A stretch of DNA of 64,000 nucleotides from contig JAXHMG010000003.1 of assembly GCA_034521595.1 (NCBI GenBank), positions 1,920,001-1,984,000 of the forward strand. The letters run 5' to 3'. Positions within the stretch are counted from its first letter, which is position 1. Each line of letters starts with the position of its first letter. This document shows positions 54,931-64,000 of this stretch, piece after piece. The DNA comes from Gemmatimonadota bacterium (GTDB taxonomy: Bacteria; Gemmatimonadota; Gemmatimonadetes; Longimicrobiales; Gaopeijiaceae). Both the position numbers and the translations under genes were made by a program. Below the pieces are notes generated by a model, which saw only the letters and a list, made by a program, of their open reading frames with translations, was not told the DNA's origin and made no database searches.

Positions 54931-55700
54931 ATGGATACGATCGCGTTTGACTCTGACATCTGCGGTACAACCGTCGCCCTCTTTCGGTCTGGCCTTCGCG
55001 GCCGACTGCACTTGGCGCGCTTCCGCTGGCTCGCTCAGAAACTCGAGCGGTACGCGCCCAGCGTGGTTGCTGGAACTCCAGGTGCTACGACGCCGAAGGT
55101 GGCGAGCCTGCTGCCGTCGAGTGTGGAGGTTCCGCTACTACGTCGGCGTCGATGTCCCCGGCCTCGACCCGCTTCGGATCGCACGCGGACGCTTCAGCGG
55201 ACACGCCAGGGATTGAACTGTGTGAGGCTGCGACGCCCGACGCGCTCGCCGCACACGTCGCCTCGCCCGTCGAGGTGTCGGTCTGCATGGAGACGTTGGA
55301 GCGCGCATCCACACGGGACCTCGTTCGACAACTACCTCGCCCTTCTCGCCCGCCTACCGCTCCCGACCGCCTCTATGTTTCAATCCCGAACGAACTTGGG
55401 CCGCTATTCCTCGCCCGGAGTACATCCACCAAAAGCATCGTGCCGAGTACGCGCCCGTGCCGGACGCGGGAATCTGTCGACTGCGTGACGTGTTCCTGCA
55501 CACGACGTTTCAGCGTCGCACGCATCGCCACGCCGGATGCGCGAGCCGTTGGTAGGCGGGCACGACCACCTGGGCTTCGACTACCGCCACATGGTCAGTC
55601 GCATCGCTCATCCTTTTCGACATCGAATCCGTGCATGGGCTTCCGCTTCTGCCGGTGCGCCTCGCAGTCTCTCGTTCACTGTGGCGATCGTCGCTGGCTA
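54931..55700 (+). CDS. Class I SAM methyltransferase-like protein, frameshifted
   Basis: LHLARFRWL, YVGVD, CMETLE, VSIPNE, HLGFDYR across frames. Confidence 0.55.
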
Positions 55701-55870
55701 CCGCGTCCAGGTGGCAGCGGTCGGGTCGCGTGCAGAGCTGCGGCGCGGACGCTTCCTGGATGTGGCATCCGGCAAGGTTCGCCTGTCCCGTTCACGTCGA
55801 TAAGGTCGTCGGCGCCTGACTCTGCTGTACCAGCGGTCGTCGGTGCTTCATCTGTTTCCGTCCGCGCAAC

Positions 55871-56223
55871 TTATCCGGCAAATTCGTAGCGGGAGTTGTG
55901 TAGGGCGAAGATGCGGAGGTGGAAGAACTCGGTGTCGCGGTATCCGTAGGCCTGACGCTGGAGGATCTCGATCTGGGGGTGTCCACCGAGCCGGACGGCA
56001 CTCAGCCTTGGTGCGCACGCACGCGCTCTTGCCGATCGGAAGCCCCCGGGACCCGGCGCTCACGCCCGCCTCGGCGAATGACCTGCTCACTCTCGTAGAC
56101 CGAGCGCTTCAACTCCGAGACGGGCTGCTCGACCCTGAAGCAAACCTCGCCTCCCACGTACTCGGTCCGCTGGTAGATCAGCCGTGCACGCCGACCGCAT
56201 CATACGATCAGACTCGTGGACAT
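55871..56223 (-). mobile_element. Internally deleted ISL3 transposase
   Basis: N-terminus MSTSL...YQRTEYVGG...RGLPIG joined to C-terminus QRQAYGYRDTEFFHLRIFALH...stop. Confidence 0.72.
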
Positions 56224-56494
56224 GGTCGGGTTCTTCGCTGAGAAGAGTTGCCGCTCAAATCCTCCAACGGATCCGTCATGTTCACATCTCTCGCCACACC
56301 CCTCGCTCTTCCTCCCTCAGCCCCGTCTACCCTGTGCGGACGCAAACAGACGAAGTGCCGCTAATTGTACCGATATAGCGTTGCGATGGCCGCTTGCCCA
56401 GGTGGAGGGTGTGGTATGAAGACCCCGAGCGTGCAGCTTGACGCATGCGCAACGGGGCGTTCGAATACCGCGATGGGGCCTCTGACGCCGCCTT

Positions 56495-58173
56495 CTACCG
56501 CGGCCGCCACCGGGCCGAGAGGCTCAGGTTGAGCGTTCCAGACGTCGTCCTTCTCGACGTAGTACCGGTTCAGGCGCCGGGTCGCGGCGAGCCTGCCCGC
56601 TCGAGCTCGAACGGGGCGGTGAACCGCATGGCCTCGACGCCGAGGGTCAGCGGGACGTCGTGGCGAGCAGAACCCCACGGTGTCGGCGCAACTGGTCGGT
56701 AGTAGACGTCGTTGTTGAGCACCTCGCGCCGCGCAGTGCGCGCCGACCCTTGCCCCACGGCGCGTACAGGTCGATCGCCGAGGTATCTGCGACTCTTGCC
56801 GCCGGGCCCGACCGCGCACCCAGGAGCTGCCCCTCGTGCGTGTAGCCTTCCCGGATGATGTGGTGGTAGGTCGTACGTGCCGTTCGCGCACGCGCCTGGA
56901 AGGTCGCCGCCCGCTCGAGGCGGCGTGAGCTCGGCGCGCAGGTCCAGGACGCGAGTTGCCGGAGAGCTCCCACGCCTTCTGCAGCCCCAGGGTGTACGCC
57001 TGGGAGTGCTCGGGCTCGAGCAGGAAGTCGCGGAAGTCCCAACTGTGGTCGTTGCGGGCCCACTCGAAGTAGAGCTCCAGGCCGCTCTTCGGGAACGCCC
57101 AGCGGGCGAACACCGAGCCGAGCTGGTCGTGCTCGTCCTCGCCGGTGGGGTTGTCGGGCGTGGCGAACCCGGCCTTCTGGACGCCCTGGAGCACCAGGAA
57201 GTACTCGCTGAAGTCGAGCCCGCCGTCGGGCACGTAGCGCTGGAACACGCGGGAGGCGCCGAGCGGAGAGCCCGTCCACCCACTCCGGCGTGTACACGAG
57301 CGCCGCGCCGGTGAAGAAGCGCGAGCGGTCGTTCGGGGGCGAGGTCGACCACTCGGACGAGGACAGCCGGCCCCACACCCACACCGCCTCCAGCGCGCCG
57401 ATGCCGATATCGACCGGCCGCCGCGTGCCCGCGAAACGCGTGCGGGAAGCCCCCGGCATTGTCACTCATGATGAGCGCGTTCTCCAGACTCGGCCCCCAC
57501 CACATGTTTCGCGTGCCGAACCCGACCTCGAACCCACCGAGCTCCACGGCCGCGAACGACTGTCCCCAGTCCGCCTCGAGGAACGCGTCCGGCCCGAAGC
57601 GCTGGCGGAGAGGTCGATCTTGGCGCTCCACGATACGCACCAGGTGCGGCCGCGCCCGGTGCTACGGTGAGCAGCGCGAGCGAGGAACGGCCGGTTGTTC
57701 TGCGCCACGCCAGCGTCGGCTGCGCTTCGACACCGCCGGGCCGAGCCATGCCGCCCCCGCGTGGAGCACGGTGGTGAGCCCCCGCCCCACCCACACCACC
57801 CCGTCGCTCCGTCGATCGATGGGCTACCCGGTGACCGAACGCCCGGATGCCGCCGCTGGTCGGGCGCACGTCGGAAAGGCCTCGTCGATGTCGCGACCTC
57901 CTGCTCGACTCCGTCCAACGCGAGCGTGCCGAAGTACGCCGACCACGGATGCTTCATGCGCTCCGAGCGGGGTGCACGAGGGCCCGTACCGGACCGCAGC
58001 ATGAACGAGCGCACCGGTCCCGCAGTGTGCGACGGGCGCCGCGTTCCGGATCCGCTGCAGCAAGCGGGCGTAGCCCGCGACCGGTACAGCCGCAGCGCCG
58101 ACCTGCGCACGCCCCGTCCCGGCGTCACGGAGAGCAGCACGACCGCGGTCACAACCGCGAGCAGCGGCGCCAT
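56495..58173 (-). CDS. Wzi-like outer-membrane barrel (copy 2), frameshifted
   Basis: NMWWGP, SDNAGG, YFEWARNDHSWDFRDFLLEPEHSQ; 3' end nearly identical to copy 1. Confidence 0.8.
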
Positions 58174-58413
58174 CCGGCGCACGGGCCTGAGCCGCGGCTG
58201 GAGGGAATCGCGGCCGCCGCTGGGCGTCGGGAGCTTCCAGAACGTCCTGACCAGCACGGGCCCGAGGCCGCGGCTCACGAGCCGGATGTCGGTGAAGAGA
58301 TGGGGCCCTTTCGCGCTTCGATAGAGCGAGGACCAGCCAACCTTTTCACCCCTCATCGACGTCGCGCACGCTCAGCTTCACCTCAAGCTCCGGCCGCAGC
58401 CGCTCGATCCTCA

Positions 58414-59460
<1,047 letters not shown>

Positions 59461-59639
59461 TCAATGTTGTTGGGTCTTCAATAGAACTGGATAGTTTACA
59501 CCAATCTAGAGCTCATTGCAAACTGTTACCCGACCCACCCTCCAGCTCCTTCCAGCCTGCTCCTCCCCCTAGACTCAGTCGAATGGAGAAATCGCCGACA
59601 CACGGCGACCCAGCGTCTAAGTCTGACCCGTAAAAGGCC

Positions 59640-61063
59640 AGCTCGGTGGGTTTCGCCTGGCTCACTTCCGGCAGGCGCTCAGGTTATCGTCGACGCTGCA
59701 CATCGCCAATCCTAGCGCGACTTTTGAGTCCGGCGGACTTCGGCTGCATCGGCGCGGCCACAGTTGTAGTCGATCTTCGGCATCCTCGTTGCCGAACTCG
59801 GAGTGCGGTCCAGCCCTTGTTCAACGTTCAAGTTCTTCCACAACACACATTCAGTCAGGCCTAACGTCAGCAATCTATACCGGTGTCATCCTGACAACGC
59901 TAGGAATCTATGCCGCAGATTTCGTAGCCCGCTCGTTCAGGATGCAACCAACACCGGTCGTTCAAATCCTTTCTATCACCTTCTTATTTCGATCGTCCGG
60001 CATTATCGCCCTGCGCTTGCTTCAACGGGAACTACGGTTCCGTTGGGATGACCATTTCCTCCAGCTTAGGCTCATACGTCATTGGATACGGGTTGGTCGC
60101 AATACCTCTCGCCGTACGGGAGGGTCAGGTGTTTGGTCGCTCGTATGGGGCCACTGTCCTCGAAGTCTCGCGCCAGCTTCGGCCATGCGTCTCCGGCCGA
60201 TTCGCCTACAAGCCAGTCTTGACCTTGGAGCGTCGAACAACTACTCGGTTTCGGTACCGGCTACACATTGGCGAAGGTGTTCAATTTCCTGGCCTATCAG
60301 GAACTGCTTCTTGTGGGTCGCTTTCAGGACGGTGCTCTTGGCCTTTACTCCGAGCCTACAGCTGATGGCCCTACCAGCGACCAAGCTTGGGCGGGCGCTC
60401 ATGCCGGCCTTCTTCCCATCCATGTCGCTCGCGAAGGACCAACTCGCTCACTTGGAGATGACCTTCATAGGAACCTCCCGGAGCAATTGTCGCTATAGTG
60501 GCGCCGATCGCCGCACTTCTTCGTGACCGCTGAAGAGGTCGTGCTCCTTTTCTCGGACCTGGATGGGCCGATGCGGCGGTCCGGTGTTGCGGATTTTTGC
60601 CGTGGCGATGGCCGGCAGGGTGACTTAAACTTTTACGGATGCGTTGGTTCCAGCTATGGGAGCAGTATACAACCGAGCTCTCATTCAGGCGATATACGCC
60701 TTTATGGTGCTGTTAGCGGTCCTTCTAGGGAGGTGCTGGGGATCCGAACGGAATTACCAATGGGTGGTAACGGCAACGTCGAACACCTTAATGATGTCGG
60801 GGGTTTCGCTCAAACTCACCGAAACCAGTTGGAAATGGTTCGCACTGACCACATCCCGGCTTAATGAGCAGTGTACTGGTCGGCGCTGTCTCCTTCGGCG
60901 GTGTGCAACTGTTCCGGATACGTCGTTGCCCGCCGGTTTGACACTTCTATTCACCGGTCTTAGCTTTGTGCGCGTGGGCTTCCGCAACGCTCATTGTCCG
61001 AAAGACTTTTCTTCGGACACCACCTTCGCCGAGTTGGACTGGACAGTGTTAGGGCGGAGGTGA
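59640..61063 (+). CDS. Wzx-type polysaccharide flippase, frameshifted
   Basis: ILARLLSPADFG, LLQRELRF, GVWSLVWG, many TMs; lower GC than host. Confidence 0.75.
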
Positions 61064-61169
61064 AACGGACGACCACGGCCTACCGGGGCCACATCCAGTG
61101 AACAAGGACGGTTGATCCTCTCCCTTTACGCAACAACGGGACTTGACCTTGCACAACCATCACTGCCGC

Positions 61170-62000
61170 AGAATGCAATTTTTACCTGGTGGATGCGCCG
61201 CCAAGAGTGGACCACCCTCTCGGGTCCCTTCTTCAGGGCAACAAAACGCTAGTGGCCGTGCCAGAGTCCCAGTTCAAGTTGGACCTCCTATTCCATATGG
61301 CCAACGACCCCAACCCTAACATGGGCGCAGGCCACACGGTACGTTGCCCGTCACTGGCGCTTCCAGTTATGGAACATGGAGTTGGAGAGATACGCCCAAG
61401 CAATTCAATCGTTGCGCTGACCGAGAGAACTACTACAGTCGGTTTGTGGCTTCGTATGCGATTCACAATGGGAGGAGCCACGACGCCGATTTGGATCGAC
61501 CACGCCCAGAGCAGCATTCGCTTCGCTTACCTACTCAAATCGGTGCTGCCGGACCTGGGTCGTACGTCAGGGACGGGAGAAGCGTTGCGGCTTCAATCAT
61601 GTCCCTGGATTGGGGTTCGAATCCCGTCGACCATGTGGCCGCATGGTGGTTGCAGCATATCGCCTCTGGCCTTGCACTCGAGAACTCCGGCGTACGACAT
61701 CGAGGGTAGACGAAGATCTGCTGACCGATTGCAGCCGCGTTCAGGCACCCTGGAAACGTTTACAGGTCTTACTTTGGACTTCTCGTCGGAGCGCGGCGAC
61801 TCCTCGTGGATTCCTGATTACACGGCTGACCAACATCGGCTGATCGGTGGCGCTCTTGATCCAACTCGTATCGAGTCTTGGCGTGGTCAGCTATAGTCCC
61901 GTCAGATTGAACGTTTCAAGAAACCTCGCCGGCACAGTTTTGAGCAGCCTAGGTTACGAGGTCGAAAGTGTCTGGGCACGGCCTGTTACCACTCGTAAGG
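61170..62000 (+). CDS. Sulfotransferase family protein, frameshifted
   Basis: 5'-PSB-like GC..SG.TLLGSLL...VAVPESQF, WIDH, 3'-PB VRDGRSVAAS; ends approximate. Confidence 0.65.
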
Positions 62001-62299
62001 AGCGGGTGGGGATGGGTTAGTGGAGTCTTCTTGAAGTCTGCTTGTGCCAATCCGTCGCCACCGTTGGCGCCAATCCGGAGCCTCTGACGTAGCCGATGGT
62101 GCTTCCAGATTTTATTCACTTCGGTGTGAAGCCGAGGTGGAGTTCCTGCGTTGGTCGTCTTCGCACACACCCAGAAATTTATCTACCAACAAGCCCAAGG
62201 ACCTACACTTTCAATCGGCGTGCGGATCAAGGCCTAACGTGGTGGTGACGGCGTAGATTAGGGCGTGCCGGAGGCGGCTTGACGGGCGCTGCAGCTGGG

Positions 62300-63790
62300 C
62301 CTCACCGTAATTGTTTGAAATTTTCCTGATGTCAGGTCTCTCCCTAGACGTCACACACACGTGGGGGCGTTTCTAGGGGCGCACGTACCAGGCACTATAG
62401 GCGCAATCCTTGTTGGGTCTCTGCGAGCCGGCTTCTCGCTGTCCCTGCTGAATTCCTAAGCTTGCCATCTGTTCAAGGTTTTGGTGGCCACATCGGTTGT
62501 CAGCCTGCTAACCTGACTTCTGCGTTACAATCGCCCCGACGTTGGTGCTGGGCCCTAACTTCAGGACCTTACGGCGAAGCTACTGCATACGTTCAATATG
62601 AACCCGGCCGGTTCAAGGTGGAAAATGGGGACTCCGCCACATCACTCCCTAAACAACTTTGCTCAGCTAATCAAGCGCCTACTGGTCGGCTGCTATTCTT
62701 GATCGGCATCTACGCAAACGGTGCCCCTCAGGTGGCACTTGGACAGTGATACTCATCATCCTAGCACTCTCGCGGTGCTCCCGGCATGGATAAACGGCGC
62801 TGTTCGCCACCCGGACGGCCTACTTGGTCGGCTTAGCGGTGTAGTCGCATATATAACGCTAGGTATTTCTCCAGCCCTCATCTCAGGCGAAGTCACTGTA
62901 CGGACGGTCGTAGACGCAACGCGATACGCCGCCGTGCTCATCCTCCTCCTCATGGCGCGGCGGTCGCCATTCGTCGCGACTTTTTCCACATTCGTCACCG
63001 TCTTCAACTCTCTACCGTGCTAGCATGATGTCGCGCTCCCTACCTCGTCTTCCCATGGCTCCACCTGCTGCGGTACGCGTCGAACCCTCTTTTTGCCCTG
63101 CAGTTTGACCAGTATTCCTGCCCAAACTTTCTCGTTCATATTTTGAGCAGGTGGGACTGCTTTCCGATAGTGCGCGTTTTGCCCGCGCTTTCTGAGCTGA
63201 TAGAGGCTACAATGTTAGTGGCCCCATGCCGCCGGTTCCTCAACGGCGTAGCGCTGGTGTCAGCGGCGGGGGTGTTCCTGTCGGGCTCCCGGGGGAGGGG
63301 TTTTGATATTCGTCGGTGCCGCAACGTTCTGTGCCTCGCCTCGGGCTGGACCCGGCTGTTGCTAGTTGGCGGCATCACAGGTGTAACCGGCTTACTTGTG
63401 TCCGCATGGCAGCAACTCCAATCCTCCACAACGCTTCCGTCACCCATCTCCAGTAGTGCTCTGTGAGGGTCTCAACAACCGTGATTCCCTCATACAGAGA
63501 CGCTCTTGAGGCCTTCACAGACAGCCCCTTGGATACGGCTTTGATCGGTGCCCGAGGCAATGGCCCGTCAGGATGCCATGATGCCAACGGTCAGCGTTCT
63601 CCCCTATCCTACCTATTGATGGGCGGTGCTCCGATGCTTGTGACCTCGGGAACATTCGGGCTAGGCTCTCAGTCGCTTCCGGCGTGCGGCCGACGAAGGG
63701 ACGCGGAGCGCGCTTCACGTGCAAATGGTGTTGGTGTTGGCCGTCCATCGCCGATGGGTTGGTGCGTACCTACCTCCTGGGTGGTGCAGG
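62300..63790 (+). CDS. Polytopic membrane protein, possibly Wzy polymerase or ligase, frameshifted
   Basis: Successive hydrophobic fragments (LSGSRG, LIGA) in a polysaccharide operon; boundaries approximate. Confidence 0.35.
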
Positions 63791-63881
63791 ACTAATGCCC
63801 TTTTCCTCTCGTTGCGGTGGTCACGATCGTTTTACGTGCCGGGGGTCCAGGCAAGCCGGGACCTTCATCTACCTTGGTGCC

Positions 63882-64000
63882 ATGAGCGGCAACGCCCATG
63901 TAGTCATTGCGATCCTCGACAAAGATCACCCGCCACACCACTCCTTCGTTGATGGTTTGTTGGCAAGCCTCCTCACGCAACAAGAAGACGTGCAAGTCAT
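63882..64000 (+). CDS. Start of a probable glycosyltransferase (truncated by the window edge)
   Basis: MSGNAHVVIAILDKDHPPHHSFVDGLL is open to the edge; call based mainly on context. Confidence 0.35.
   Translation, partial: MSGNAHVVIAILDKDHPPHHSFVDGLLASLLTQQEDVQV

Overview
High-GC bacterial chromosomal window. The gene order resembles Gemmatimonadota, but this is an inference. 1-30 kb is cleanly assembled housekeeping and envelope DNA, almost all on the minus strand: an FN3 lipoprotein, lptD, tatC, nrdR, the tol-pal operon, a LysM gene, radC, rimI/tsaB/tsaE, nadD, bamD, TPR proteins, nucleotide-sugar enzymes, manC and uvrB. Three small insertions interrupt it (a DUF222-HNH gene, a vapBC pair and a two-gene membrane module). 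30.3-41 kb is a dense toxin-antitoxin (TA) hotspot with seven intact TA pairs of different families, two Fic genes, orphan antitoxins and TA micro-fragments, and no integrase, attC site or transposase. 41-64 kb is a surface-polysaccharide region: two Wzi-like porins, a sugar transferase, relA/spoT, SLC13-cysQ-cysNC-cysD, a methyltransferase, wzx, a sulfotransferase, a wzy-like gene and three IS remnants. From about 42.7 kb nearly every gene is frameshifted, most likely from sequencing or assembly indels, so coordinates there are approximate. The most striking unexplained pattern is that four TA/Fic cargo blocks are each bracketed by direct repeats (10-64 bp, mostly diverged) copied from neighbouring sequence, including a duplicated relA start.
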